A stretch of 64,000 nt of DNA. Origin: Nitrospirota bacterium. GTDB lineage: Bacteria > Nitrospirota > UBA9217. The DNA lies in assembly GCA_963818475.1 (NCBI GenBank), contig CAWFSF010000003.1, forward strand, positions 1 through 64,000. Reading direction: 5' to 3'. Positions 39,821 through 50,304 of the stretch are shown here, piece by piece. Both the position numbers and the translations under genes were made by a program. Below the pieces are notes generated by a model that saw only the letters and a program-made list of their open reading frames with translations, made no database searches and was not told where the DNA came from. Positions within the stretch are counted from its first letter, which is position 1. Each line of letters begins with the position of its first letter.

Positions 39821-41302
39821 TCACCTGATCCCCTTCGGTGTATCCTTTCTGTGCTGCTGCGAAATATAGTTGGCCGTAAAAATGTATTCGTCGATGTAAT
39901 CCCGTTTGCCGTCGCCGTTGAGATCGAAACGGGGCGCTTTTGCGGTCCCCTGTTCCTTGAGGAACAGCTTGAAATCCGCCTCCGTCAGTTTGCCTGACGA
40001 CCGGTCGATATTGACATCCATCGGTGGGGCTACGGTCAGAGGCATTACGCTCAGCTGATGGCCCTTCGGCAAGATGACCGCTGATTCCCATGTCCTCTTG
40101 TCCGGCAGCAGCTCCGCGACCCATTGGTTTTCCTTATTTGTCAGCGATACCAGGCTCACGCCCTCAAGGAGGAAATTATTATTCTCGCCCTTTGAATCGA
40201 GCTCAATGATCATTTTGACCGTCGTCTTGCCGTCGGAGAGAACGAGCGGCGGGTCCTGAGGCATCATGTCCGTCTTAAACAACGCAATGAGTGACTCCGG
40301 CGTTTTTTGTCCCTTATATTCCCGGAACTTTTCCAGGATGCTTTGGTAAGCCGGAACCTTCTTCTTTTCGGGCTCGTGGATCCTGATATCAGGTTTTTCA
40401 GCCTTGGCGACCGTCACGCGCTCCTGTTCAGGAGCTTGTTCCTTCTCCGGCTGAGCTCCCTCAGGAGCAGGTTTCTCCCCGCCCGGCTGAGTCGTCTTGC
40501 CTTCGGTCGGAAGGGTTACGGGAACGAGCAGAACGCCGGCACCCGTTGTCCCGCTCGAGGATGCGTCTTGTGAAGATCCCGCTGTCGAATTCTCTTTCTG
40601 CTGCGCAGGCGCATTGGTACTGCCGCCTGTGCCGGCGGTTTGGGCTGCGCTGCCTCCCTGCGCTTCGGCGCCCGTCTGCCCTCCGGTGTCGCTGTTCGCT
40701 GCCCCGTCACCGGTCTTCATCGCGTTCACGAAGCTGGAGGAGACCGGAACGGTGCGTCCCTGCTCCGATAAACCCGAAGCCGACAACGACCTGATATCGG
40801 CCCCGGTGCTTTTCAGCCGGGTAAAGGATACGGTTGCGACGGTGCCGTTGCCTTTGATCTCCGAGGTCCGGACAATGGCCAGGCGCATGGTTCCTGGTTT
40901 CGATACATTTACTGCTGAAAGGGCTCCTCCCACCAGACCTCCCTGCGTGATCTTCGGACTGGAAACGGATGAAGGATCGTAGTTGACCGTAATGTCCAAG
41001 CCGGACAGTCCGGAGAGATCATTGCCCTGGATCACATACGCGCTGTCCGAGGCCGGAGTCATAATGACCGCGCCGGAGGCAGCAAAAGCTCCGTGCGCTG
41101 TCAGGAATGTCAGTACCAGTGAGATACAAGCCGTTACTAATCCGTCGGGGTCCCAGGCGAGAACATGGTCCGGTCCGATGATAAACGTCGGTCCACTTTG
41201 CGCAAGCAATGCTGCACTTGAGCGCTCCGCCTGAATCAAAAGCTTCTCGAAGACGAAAGCGGTGTGCCGTTCTTTTGTGACATCCGGTCTGAAGAGCAAC
41301 AA
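39821..41302 (-). CDS. Exported cohesin-domain protein with low-complexity linker and C-terminal dockerin/EF-hand-like motifs; true start uncertain
   Basis: GLDITVNYDPS..GTMRLAIV..GTVATVSF; DLNGDGKRDYID. Confidence 0.65.
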   Translation of the reverse strand: MLLFRPDVTKERHTAFVFEKLLIQAERSSAALLAQSGPTFIIGPDHVLAWDPDGLVTACISLVLTFLTAHGAFAASGAVIMTPASDSAYVIQGNDLSGLSGLDITVNYDPSSVSSPKITQGGLVGGALSAVNVSKPGTMRLAIVRTSEIKGNGTVATVSFTRLKSTGADIRSLSASGLSEQGRTVPVSSSFVNAMKTGDGAANSDTGGQTGAEAQGGSAAQTAGTGGSTNAPAQQKENSTAGSSQDASSSGTTGAGVLLVPVTLPTEGKTTQPGGEKPAPEGAQPEKEQAPEQERVTVAKAEKPDIRIHEPEKKKVPAYQSILEKFREYKGQKTPESLIALFKTDMMPQDPPLVLSDGKTTVKMIIELDSKGENNNFLLEGVSLVSLTNKENQWVAELLPDKRTWESAVILPKGHQLSVMPLTVAPPMDVNIDRSSGKLTEADFKLFLKEQGTAKAPRFDLNGDGKRDYIDEYIFTANYISQQHRKDTPKGIR

Positions 41303-41363
41303 CCCGTAACCCGACCAACAGGGTCAATCCTGAAAACCCTAAACGTCATATCCCTTTTGTTAT

Positions 41364-42137
41364 TCATTCTCCATCAGGAAATCCAGGCATGGTTTTGCGC
41401 AATTGATACGCGTTCCATTCCTCAAGAGGGATGTCTTTGGTCGAATAACCTCCAGCCGGCGCCTCCGGCCCGAGGGCTACGCACCTGACAGCGTACGTTC
41501 CATTTTTGCTGATCCGTATCGACGGCATCTCAATCTGGAGATCGCTGTTTTCGAGCAGACTCACCGTCCCGTACCCGCCCAGAGGCGAGAATTTGTAGCC
41601 CCCCGCCCTCCAGAAGAGCGAGAGTTCAGCCTCCGTAGGCAGCGCCCAGCAGCCTTTCGGTTCCACCTCCGCACAGAACACTTTGGCGCGACCGAGATCA
41701 GGAGGAGACAGGCTGCTTTCGATCTGCAGCATGTCGGTCCAAGCAAGTCCACCCTGTTCGTCATACCAGCCGGTGATTCCGACTGCTGTTCGGAACGATG
41801 ACCACTGCCCTGACAATTTTTCTCTTGCCGAAAAGGCAAGCCGCCCCGAAAACCTGGCAGCCAGCTTCTGCTGGAACGCTTCTTTTTGTTCGTTCTTCAT
41901 GGACTGCTCGAGTTGGATTCGTTCACTTTTCAGCTCGTGCAGCAGGATCTCGCCGGGAAAGGTGAAGCCTCCGTGAATGGGAATCGGGTAAAAGAGTGAA
42001 AGGAGCCCGATGGTGAGACCGGTCACGAGCAGCGCCTTGCCCATGCCCCGCTTCTTCATCCTCCGGAAGACGCCGACCGTAACGGCGGTGACGACGAGTA
42101 AATAGGCGCCTAAAAAGATGAGGAAGAACATGGGCAT
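41364..42137 (-). CDS. Membrane-anchored DUF1566 (Lcl)-like protein
   Basis: Two N-terminal TM helices; AKVFC..WALPTEAEL..VRCV. Confidence 0.55.
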   Translation of the reverse strand: MPMFFLIFLGAYLLVVTAVTVGVFRRMKKRGMGKALLVTGLTIGLLSLFYPIPIHGGFTFPGEILLHELKSERIQLEQSMKNEQKEAFQQKLAARFSGRLAFSAREKLSGQWSSFRTAVGITGWYDEQGGLAWTDMLQIESSLSPPDLGRAKVFCAEVEPKGCWALPTEAELSLFWRAGGYKFSPLGGYGTVSLLENSDLQIEMPSIRISKNGTYAVRCVALGPEAPAGGYSTKDIPLEEWNAYQLRKTMPGFPDGE

Positions 42138-42300
42138 CGTTTATCTCAAAACAACGATTGAACCTGACATTAAAGCACCAATCGAAACAACCTCAAGCGA
42201 GTGATCAAAGCAGACCGGATGCGACGCCTTTTTGGTCCGGGTTTTCATAAGAACACAGGGTGAGGTCCTTTGTTATGGTATCTACCCATGATCCTCAGGG

Positions 42301-42789
42301 TTAGGATACGCGGCGGGCGCCGAGGAAATGTTTTTTCCAGTAGGGATCGTCGAGGCTGTCCTCGCGCACGTTCTTGCCGCTGCTCGTCGCATGCACGAAC
42401 CGGCGATTGCTGGTGAAAATGCCGACGTGGGAGTATTTCTTTCCGGACTGGTCGAAGAACAGGAGGTCGCCTTTCCGCATGTCGCGCGACAGGATCGGCA
42501 CGGTGCGCTGCATGAGCGGTCCTGTTCCATGCGGCAGGTTCATGCCGGCGGCAAGATAGCTGTAGCGCACGAGCCCGCTGCAGTCGAAGCCCTCGGGGCT
42601 TTCGCCCCGGTACTGATAGGGCTTGCCGACCATGGTGAGGGCAATGTCCGCCGCCGTATCAGCCGCAGCTGCGGAGTATGCTCCAGCCGGTCGCGGCGGT
42701 GCTGCCACGCACCCGGAGACCAGGCCGATGATGAGCCACAAAGCTCCTGCAAACGCATACCACCTCACCATCTTGCTGCCTCTCTTCAT
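42301..42789 (-). CDS. NlpC/P60 (C40) peptidase lipoprotein
   Basis: Lipobox VSGC, GFDCSGLV, GDLLFF and HVGI. Confidence 0.92.
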   Translation of the reverse strand: MKRGSKMVRWYAFAGALWLIIGLVSGCVAAPPRPAGAYSAAAADTAADIALTMVGKPYQYRGESPEGFDCSGLVRYSYLAAGMNLPHGTGPLMQRTVPILSRDMRKGDLLFFDQSGKKYSHVGIFTSNRRFVHATSSGKNVREDSLDDPYWKKHFLGARRVS

Positions 42790-42823
42790 GTATCTCATCC
42801 TCGCCCGGCCGCCCCTCTTTCCA

Positions 42824-43945
42824 TCACACATAGGTCGGCGGCGCATCCTTGTAGTGGTCATAGATCTTCTCAAAGGACTTGTGCGTGTCCTCGAATACTT
42901 CGAGAACCTTCGGGTCGAAATGATGGGGACCCATGCGCTCATTTCCCTTGACCATGATCCGGTACGCCATGATGTAGTCGAAGGCAGGCTTGTAGGGCCG
43001 GGTGCTCCTGAGCGCATCATACTGGTCGGCAAAGGCCACGATCCTTCCTTCGATCGGGATCTCCTCGCCTTTCAAGGCGCCGGGATACCCGGTCCCGTCC
43101 CAGCGCTCGTGGTGATTGATCGCCACCCGTTCCGCCATCTGGAGAAACTCGGAGTGGGACCCCTGCAGGATCTTTCCCCCTATGGTCGTATGGGTCTTGA
43201 CCAGGGCAAGCTCCTCAGGCGTGAGCGAGCCGGGCTTCAAAAGGATATCTGACGGGATGGCGATCTTCCCGATGTCATGCATCGGGGACGCGTATTTTAT
43301 CGTTTCCACCTTGTCCTCGGACCATCCAAGTTCGCGCGCAATGTGAGCACAGCACAGCCCGACCCGCTTGACATGCGCTGCCGTGGCCTCATCCTTGTAC
43401 TCGGCCACGATGGTCAGCCGGAAGATCGTGTCCAGATAGCTCACCTTCAGTTTTCGCTGCGATTTGACGATGTCCTGCAGGGCAGCATTGAGCTCGGAGG
43501 TCTTCTTCTCGGTCTCGGCCGCGAGGCGTACTGCGTGGTCTTTGAGAAAATCCTCAAATTCCTTGATCCGGAGAAGGTTCCTGGTCCGGATCATCACCTC
43601 GGTGCTGTCTACCGGTTTGGTCAGAAAGTCGTTCGCCCCGGCTTCGAGTGCCTTGAGCTTGGAGGCCTTGTCGTCAAGCGCCGTCATGACCAGGATCGGA
43701 ATGTGCCGGGTGTCGATGTTGTCCTTCAGCATCCTGCAGACCGCGTACCCGTCCAGCTCCGGCATCATGATGTCGAGAAAGATCAGGTCCGGATTGAATT
43801 CCACAGTCTTGAGGATGGCGTCTTTGCCGTTCTTCGCCGTATCGAACACGCAGGACAGGCCCTTCAGGATCGCCATGATGAGCCTGAAGTTCTTCTCCTC
43901 ATCGTCAACGATCAGGATCCTCGGCTGCTTGCTCGCTTCCGTCAT
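42824..43945 (-). CDS. Response regulator with HD-GYP phosphodiesterase domain
   Basis: Receiver (ILIVDD, DIMMP) plus HDIGK and [11 protein letters not shown]. Confidence 0.93.
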   Translation of the reverse strand: MTEASKQPRILIVDDEEKNFRLIMAILKGLSCVFDTAKNGKDAILKTVEFNPDLIFLDIMMPELDGYAVCRMLKDNIDTRHIPILVMTALDDKASKLKALEAGANDFLTKPVDSTEVMIRTRNLLRIKEFEDFLKDHAVRLAAETEKKTSELNAALQDIVKSQRKLKVSYLDTIFRLTIVAEYKDEATAAHVKRVGLCCAHIARELGWSEDKVETIKYASPMHDIGKIAIPSDILLKPGSLTPEELALVKTHTTIGGKILQGSHSEFLQMAERVAINHHERWDGTGYPGALKGEEIPIEGRIVAFADQYDALRSTRPYKPAFDYIMAYRIMVKGNERMGPHHFDPKVLEVFEDTHKSFEKIYDHYKDAPPTYV

Positions 43946-46131
43946 GTTCTCTCCTTCTCATGCACACTGGCATTTCGCGGGATCGTGAAACTGAAGCAGG
44001 CGCCCTTGCCGGGTTCACTCTCCACCCGGATGCTGCCCCCGTGCAGCTCCACGATCTTTTTACTGAGGTGGAGCCCAAGCCCCGTGCCCTCGAATTTTTT
44101 CGTCAAGGAATTGTCGAGCTGCACGAACGGTCGAAAGAGCCTCCGGCATTCCTCCTGCGTCATGCCGATGCCGGTGTCCGTAACGCTAACTTCGACGAGG
44201 TCAGGGGCCGGGGCCTGGCCGTTGACTCTCCGCGCGCTGATGCTTACGCGCCCCCCGGCGGGCGTGAACTTCACCGCATTGGCGAGCAGGTTCAGGGCGA
44301 CCTGCTTGACCTTCGTCTTATCCGCCGTGACCAGCTCGACATCGTCGCTGATCTCCGCGGCCAGGCTGAGCCCCTGCTTCTGCGCCCGCTCCCGAAACAG
44401 CGAAAGGCTCCCTTCGAGGAGCTCTTTCAGATAGAAGTCGTCAAGATCGAGCTCCATCATACCCGCTTCGATCTTCGACAGGTCCAGGATGTTGTTGATG
44501 ATCCGCTGCAGGTGCTTGCCGCTCTCCCAGATGTCCTTGAGATAGAGCTCCTGGTCCGGCGTGAGCGGCCCGCTTGCGCCGTCCCGCAATATCTCGGAAA
44601 AACCGATGATCGAGTTCAGCGGCGTCCGGAGCTCGTGGGACATGTTCGAGAGGAAGTCGGACTTTGCCTTGTTCGCGGCCTCGGCGACCATCCGCGCCTC
44701 CTCGAGCTCCCGGGTCCGCTCCCGCACCTTCGCCTCCATCTGTTCATAGAGCGTGGCGTTCTCGATCGCCACGGCGATGTGGCCTGCCAGGACCTCGAGG
44801 AAATCGATGTCGATGGGCGAATAGGGCTCTCCGCTTTTTTTCTGGCCCAGGGTCAGCACGCCAAGCAGTTGGTCCATAAAGAACAAGGGGAGGACTGCCG
44901 CGGCATCGATGTCCCTCAGGTATCCGACGATGAACGCGGACCCCTTTTCCCGGCGCTCCGCCTCGAGCTCTTCCCGGATCAGGATCTTCCCGGTCAGGGT
45001 GAGCCGCTGGACCAGGTCGCCTGCCAGGGACAAATTTTGCCCGACCCGCTCCTGCATATCGAACCCCTGCCGCAGCCGGTACGACCCGTCCGCGGCCCGC
45101 AAAAAGAGGCAGACGCTTTCCACCTCCAGGTTCTTTCTCATGCTGACGATGATGAACGCCAGCAGCTCGTCCAGGTCAAGGAGCGTGGAGATCGCGTTGA
45201 TCGAATCCCGCAGCACCTTCTGGTAATCGTACTTGTTCCGCACGACCCGCTGCCGGACCCACTCCGCCACCGTGCGGCTGAACCGGGTCCCGAAGAACAT
45301 CAGGCCGACGATCGGGAGCGAGACAACGATGGCGGCTATTGCACCGAGGGAAGGCTCCAGCAGGGTGAACAGGATGACGTGCATCCCGATGAACAGGACC
45401 GACAAAAGCACGGCCGTCAGCATCCGGAAGATGACGAACCGGATGTCGAACAGCCGGTGACGACTGACCGCGTACGCCGCAAGAGCGACCCAGGGAAGGC
45501 TGAAGTAAGAGCTCAGTCCCGGCTCGAGCGGGGAACCGCCGACCAGGGGCAGAATGCCCGCGATCAGCGTGCCGCCGGCGGCGAAAATGAGCATGCCGTG
45601 GATGAAGTAGCCAAGCTGTACCCGCTTGATCCCGCTCACCTGCCGTCTGAGCCGGAGCAGTTCGAACATCCCCCAGAAGAGCTGGACGATGCCGAGGAAC
45701 CGGAGCGGTTTGGCGAGAGGGCCGGACCGGTCGACATAGGGGATCAGCGCATAATTGCCGCTCTCGATCAGGGCAGTCGACACGCTCACGCACAGAACGA
45801 TGGTCCAGAAGGGATAGAGCACGTACCCGACGATGCGGGCCGCCCGGCTCTCCTCGTCCCTGAGAGAGAAGGCGAACTGCAGTGCCGCCGGTATCATCAG
45901 CCACCCGACCCAACTGGCGCGGGCAAGGAAGGTGACGTCCCGGCCAAAGGACGCGAGGACATACATGAGGCCCGTGAGCAGGGCGAAGGCGCCGGCGAAC
46001 AGGGAGAAAAGCGCCACGGACCTGTTCACGGGGCTGCGCAGCCGGTTGTGCCTGAACAACGCGGTCCCCAGCAGGATCTCGAAGGCCGCGATGATCAGGA
46101 GCGGATAGCCGATGATTTCAAACAGGTTCAT
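43942..46131 (-). CDS. Multi-TM sensor histidine kinase with GAF domain
   Basis: N-terminal TM bundle, [22 protein letters not shown] and GTGLGL. Confidence 0.93.
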   Translation of the reverse strand: MNLFEIIGYPLLIIAAFEILLGTALFRHNRLRSPVNRSVALFSLFAGAFALLTGLMYVLASFGRDVTFLARASWVGWLMIPAALQFAFSLRDEESRAARIVGYVLYPFWTIVLCVSVSTALIESGNYALIPYVDRSGPLAKPLRFLGIVQLFWGMFELLRLRRQVSGIKRVQLGYFIHGMLIFAAGGTLIAGILPLVGGSPLEPGLSSYFSLPWVALAAYAVSRHRLFDIRFVIFRMLTAVLLSVLFIGMHVILFTLLEPSLGAIAAIVVSLPIVGLMFFGTRFSRTVAEWVRQRVVRNKYDYQKVLRDSINAISTLLDLDELLAFIIVSMRKNLEVESVCLFLRAADGSYRLRQGFDMQERVGQNLSLAGDLVQRLTLTGKILIREELEAERREKGSAFIVGYLRDIDAAAVLPLFFMDQLLGVLTLGQKKSGEPYSPIDIDFLEVLAGHIAVAIENATLYEQMEAKVRERTRELEEARMVAEAANKAKSDFLSNMSHELRTPLNSIIGFSEILRDGASGPLTPDQELYLKDIWESGKHLQRIINNILDLSKIEAGMMELDLDDFYLKELLEGSLSLFRERAQKQGLSLAAEISDDVELVTADKTKVKQVALNLLANAVKFTPAGGRVSISARRVNGQAPAPDLVEVSVTDTGIGMTQEECRRLFRPFVQLDNSLTKKFEGTGLGLHLSKKIVELHGGSIRVESEPGKGACFSFTIPRNASVHEKERT

Positions 46132-46302
46132 GCTGCATCCCCGTGGGCCGGATTTCTACCGCCGGGCATTGGCGTTCCGCGTCAGCCCGTGCGTCGGTCT
46201 GAAGCAGAGTAGAACAGATTGTACCACAATATTGCGCTTCTGTAATCAAAAAGAGCCAGAAAACCCCTTGACCCCTCTTCCCTGCCCTGCTATATTCCCC
46301 CC

Positions 46303-48223
46303 ATGAAACATACCATTACCTTCGTCCCGGACAACGTCACTGTCACGGTCGACGACAACACCAATCTCTTCAAGGCCGTGAAATCCGCGGGGGTCTACGT
46401 GCTCTCGTCCTGCGGCGGCAAAGGCAACTGCGGCAAGTGCAAGGTCGTGGTCAGGGAAGGCACGGTCGAACCCGGCAAGTCCCGCTCGTACCTCTCTGCC
46501 GAAGAGATCGAACGCGGCTACGTGCTCGCCTGCCATTCAAAGGTCAAAAGCAGCCTGGTCGTCGAGATCCCGCAGGAATCGCGCATGCAGGCGAAGCACA
46601 AGATCGCCACCGGCGCAAAGACCGACGAGCTGCTCGATCTCATGCGCAGCGCCGGCGGGTGCCTGGAGTCCCGCATCAGCCGCGTCTATCTCGAGATCGA
46701 TCCGCCCACCATCGACGACAATATCGCCGACTACGAGCGGCTCCGGCGGGCCGTGGACAAAGAGGGCTTTGACGCCTCGCACCTCCACATGAGCCACATG
46801 ATGCTCTCCAAGCTCGCCCATGTGCTGCGCGAGGGCAACTGGAAGGTCACGGTCTCCCTGTTCAACGTCACCGCGGTGCTCGAAGTGCTCGACATCTTCC
46901 CGGGCGACGCGACGAAGACGCGCTACGGCGCTGCCGTGGACATCGGCACCACCACCGTGGTCGTCTACCTCGTGGACCTTACGAACGGCCAGATCGTCGG
47001 CACGGCCTCGACCTACAACAGCCAGGTGAAGTGCGGCGACGACGTGATCACGCGCATCGTCTATGCCACGGAGCGGAACGGGCTCAAGGAGCTCCAGGAC
47101 CTGGCCGTGGGCAACATCAACACCATGCTGGCGGACCTGGCCGAGAAGAACAGCATCCCCCCGGGCATGATCGACTACATGGTCGTGGCCGGCAACACCA
47201 CCATGATGCACCTCTTCTACGGCATCGACCCGCAGCATATCCGGGAAGAGCCCTACATCCCGACCGCCACCTTCTTCCCGATCATCCGGGGGAAAAGCGT
47301 CGGGTTCCAGTTCGACCCGCAGACCATCATCTACTCCATGCCGAACGTGGCAAGCTACGTGGGCGGCGACATCACCTCGGGCATCATGGTCTCGCAGATC
47401 CACAAGCAGGACAAGGTCTCGCTCTTCATCGACATCGGCACCAACGGCGAGATCGTGCTCGGCAACAAGGAGTGGCTCGTGACCGCGGCCTGCTCGGCAG
47501 GCCCGGCCTTCGAAGGGAGCGGCATCAAGTTCGGCATGCGCGCCATGGAAGGGGCCATCGAAGAGGTGGAGATCGACCCGAAGACGCTATGAAGTGAACT
47601 TCCGGGTCATCGGCGACGTGAAGCCCATCGGCGTCTGCGGCTCGGGCATGATCGACGCCCTGGCCGAGATGTATCTGTCGGGCGTCATCGACCAGAAGGG
47701 AAAGATCCGCGAGGAGATCGGGTCCAAGCGCATCCGGCGGGGAGAGAGCGGCCTCGAATACGTGCTGGCCTGGCGGGTGGAAAGCGCCATCAACAAGGAG
47801 ATCGTGCTGACCGAAGTGGACCTGGACAACCTGATCCGCGCCAAGGGCGCTATCTACGCCGGCTTTGCCACACTGCTTGCGCATATGGGCATGGGCTTCC
47901 ACGACATCGAGAAACTTTACATCGCCGGCGGTTTCGGCAGGTACATCGACGTGGAGCGCGCCATCACCATCGGCATGCTGCCCGACCTGCCGGTCGAGAA
48001 GTTCCAGTTCCTCGGCAACACGTCCATCATGGGCGCCTACTATGCGCTGCTCTGCGACCGCTTGCGGCACGAGGCCGAGGAGATCGCGAAGAAGATGACC
48101 TACGTGGAGCTCTCGGTCTCGCGGAGTTTCATGGACGAGTACATGTCAGCGCTGTTTTTGCCGCACACGAACCTGGATGCGTTCCCGACGGTGAAGAAGG
48201 AGCTGGAGAAGAGGAAGAAGTAA
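46303..48223 (+). CDS. Reductive activator of corrinoid proteins (RACo; 2Fe-2S + ASKHA/DUF4445); frameshift near 47590
   Basis: CGGKGNCGKC, DIGTTT, DIGTNGE, ACSAGPAFEG, CGSG and IAGGFG. Confidence 0.9.
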
Positions 48224-48251
48224 CTCACAACCACATACTGCTGAAACACTT

Positions 48252-48292
48252 ACAGGCTGACCGGTTACTTTCGGTCAGCCTGTTGTATTTTT
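48252..48292 (+). terminator. Intrinsic terminator
   Basis: ACAGGCTGACCG-GTTACTTT-CGGTCAGCCTGT followed by a T-rich tail. Confidence 0.75.
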
Positions 48293-48358
48293 GATCGATT
48301 CTGCAACCGTGTTCACAAACAACTCAACGGCGGGCTACGAGAGGAACTGTTGCAACTA

Positions 48359-48454
48359 TCCCAACGATTGCGCCCTTTCTAAACCACATTCGCACACTCC
48401 TTCACTGTTGCCCAGCAGCGAGCTACCCGAATTGGATTGAGCGCCAGGTTAGAC
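48359..48454 (-). other. Degenerate attC-like site
   Basis: Minus strand GTCTAAC (contains the cassette gene stop) CTGGCGCTCAA ... GGGCGCAATC GTTGGGA; central pairing is weak. Confidence 0.4.
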
Positions 48455-48862
48455 CTTTGATCTATTGCGCTTGATGATCTTTTCACGAAATTTTCGCGCT
48501 GCCTCCCGTTCGAACCAAAGCAAACTGATCCACAATTTTTGTCGTTTCGTGGTTATGCGATATTCGTGCGGCCCGTGCAATCTGTCTGCTGGATATCCAA
48601 GACGCTCAGCGTTTTCAACTTTTATTATTTCTGAGTAGGTGATCTCAATAGTACGAATCCATCCATCATAGCGAAATACATGGTCACCAAATGACATTTT
48701 CCTGTTGTACAATCGAGCTACGGCTGCAATAACAACGCAAACGAGTATTAGCATCGCGAAATATTCTCGCATGTAGAAAAGGCTGCAAGTTGCAAGTAGA
48801 AACAGGGCTGTAAGGCCATGCCCGAATAGGCCAACTGCGTATAGGTTTGCTCTGAAGGTCAT
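48449..48862 (-). CDS. Cassette-borne hypothetical membrane protein
   Basis: AT-rich, two TM helices, starts 7 nt after an attC. Confidence 0.7.
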   Translation of the reverse strand: MTFRANLYAVGLFGHGLTALFLLATCSLFYMREYFAMLILVCVVIAAVARLYNRKMSFGDHVFRYDGWIRTIEITYSEIIKVENAERLGYPADRLHGPHEYRITTKRQKLWISLLWFEREAARKFREKIIKRNRSKV

Positions 48863-48868
48863 ATTATT

Positions 48869-48927
48869 GCCTAACGCGCGGGTGTAGGGCGCGGGTCACA
48901 GCGACCCACACGACCCGCTGGTTGGAA
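48869..48927 (-). other. Integron attC site (59 bp)
   Basis: Minus strand TTCCAAC CAGCGGGTCGTGTGGGTC GCTGT GACCCGCGCCCTACACCCGCGC GTTAGGC, an imperfect palindrome with AAC/GTT cores. Confidence 0.75.
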
Positions 48928-48974
48928 TCATCATCGAGTCGTTGCTTTATTCTTCATGGACTGCAAATTTATGT

Positions 48975-49457
48975 TTACAGTGGGGCTTCGTCGATAAGGG
49001 ATAGTGCGCGGTTGAGCACTGAAGGGGTGAGGCGGAAATGCACCCGTTCGATGATTTGGGCTATAATGGGACGCACCTCGGAAAGAAAACCCTTCCGCTT
49101 TGCCAAGATGAGCAAGCCCAGTGTGCCAATGACTTTAAGGCCAAGCTCGTCTGCGATTTCCCGAGCCTGTTTGTCATCTAAAATAATGCCTTGTATACCC
49201 CGTTCCAACGCGAGGGCAATCGCTTCGCTTTCACCTGCATGGAGGTTCAATTTCAAGAAACGAACGGGCATTTCGGCAGCAATCGGTTCAACGCGGATGA
49301 ACGGAGGCAGTTCCACAGTAACTTTCGCTGCCGTGCCCATAACTTCGTCACGCACCGAGACAGGGATGATGACCGTATCAAATAAGTGTTGCATGAGGTC
49401 AAGACGATCCACGGAGGAAAGGGCAATGAGCGGCGAGGAGTCGCTGACGACTATCAC
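48975..49457 (-). CDS. PIN-domain toxin (DUF3368 type)
   Basis: VVSDSSPLI, LHAGESEAIALA, ILDDKQAR and GTLGLL. Confidence 0.9.
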   Translation of the reverse strand: MIVVSDSSPLIALSSVDRLDLMQHLFDTVIIPVSVRDEVMGTAAKVTVELPPFIRVEPIAAEMPVRFLKLNLHAGESEAIALALERGIQGIILDDKQAREIADELGLKVIGTLGLLILAKRKGFLSEVRPIIAQIIERVHFRLTPSVLNRALSLIDEAPL

Positions 49458-49708
49458 CGGAAAGAATCCATGTTGGCGAGGTCACGGTCAAGCTCAGCGT
49501 CATCATAATTCAGAAAGACGCCCTCGTCTTTCAGCACCTGCATAAACTCCATCCTGCTTTTGCCGCACAGCTCGCAAGCCTTACCGATGCCCAGAGCGCC
49601 TTTTTCATATAATTTCACGGCTAACAACTTCATAAGGTCGCTCGGGAGTGTCTTTTCAGGAAGCTTGAGTGAATGTAGCACCGAATCGGGTATGGTAAGC
49701 GATAACAT
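49454..49708 (-). CDS. UPF0175-family antitoxin
   Basis: LAVKLYEKGALGIGKACELCGKSRMEF; stop overlaps the toxin start; own promoter TTGACG-17-TAAACT near 49746..49774. Confidence 0.85.
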   Translation of the reverse strand: MLSLTIPDSVLHSLKLPEKTLPSDLMKLLAVKLYEKGALGIGKACELCGKSRMEFMQVLKDEGVFLNYDDAELDRDLANMDSFR

Positions 49709-49854
49709 GACTATGACCTCCTTCAGCTTGATTTTACTATAAGACAGTTTACCCGCAAAGGCCAACAGCGTCAAGTGCTATTGGGCTTGCGGAGTCACTT
49801 TAGTCGTTTTCACTCCTCAGCGGAAGAAGTTTTCAATGCGTTGACGTCATGCAG

Positions 49855-50304
49855 CTATTGACATAACTCAATTTGGCTTCTTAACTTCACCAATTCCTCA
49901 ACCGCAAAATAACACCTGTAAATCTTCGGATAAGCTTTTGAATCGAGTATAATGTTTTTTGTTTGTTTATCAGGGGCTGGCTGCAGTATAAAATCTGGTT
50001 GAACTGTGAGGATAAGTCGTCTGTTATCATTTATTGAGCTCATACCATTCATCCAGCCCCATTGCCCTTCAATAGTAAATTTATAAACACCATCGATTTT
50101 CCATTTTCCGTTAATCGTTCGGCCACTAAAAGAGAGTGGGCCAGAGTCAAAGGAACCATCAGATGAAAAACGATAATAAGAGGAACCATCCGTAAAAACA
50201 AATTGGCCTTCCTTTTTTATAATGTCTAGTGCATTTGGATAAGTTTCTCCATTAGCGAAATGGGGCAAAAATATGATTAAGAGTAACAACAAAAACTTTT
50301 TCAT
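49855..50304 (-). CDS. Secreted hypothetical protein, AT-rich, cassette-like
   Basis: Signal peptide MKKFLLLLLIIF; abrupt drop in GC. Confidence 0.75.
   Translation of the reverse strand: MKKFLLLLLIIFLPHFANGETYPNALDIIKKEGQFVFTDGSSYYRFSSDGSFDSGPLSFSGRTINGKWKIDGVYKFTIEGQWGWMNGMSSINDNRRLILTVQPDFILQPAPDKQTKNIILDSKAYPKIYRCYFAVEELVKLRSQIELCQ

Noticed and set aside
43960-46212. 750-aa plus-strand ORF and other long antisense ORFs
   Set aside because: Shadow ORFs opposite GC-rich genes with clear motifs; no recognisable domains.
2439-48223. Frameshifts in the CoA-transferase, acetate-CoA ligase, DUF3109-like, membrane and RACo genes as programmed frameshifting or pseudogenisation
   Set aside because: Scattered single-base indels in otherwise intact, unrelated genes with no shared slippery motif; long-read consensus error is the simplest explanation. 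Read polishing would decide.
49755-49850. attC site between the secreted gene and the antitoxin
   Set aside because: AAC and GTT cores can be found but internal pairing is poor; better explained as the TA promoter region.
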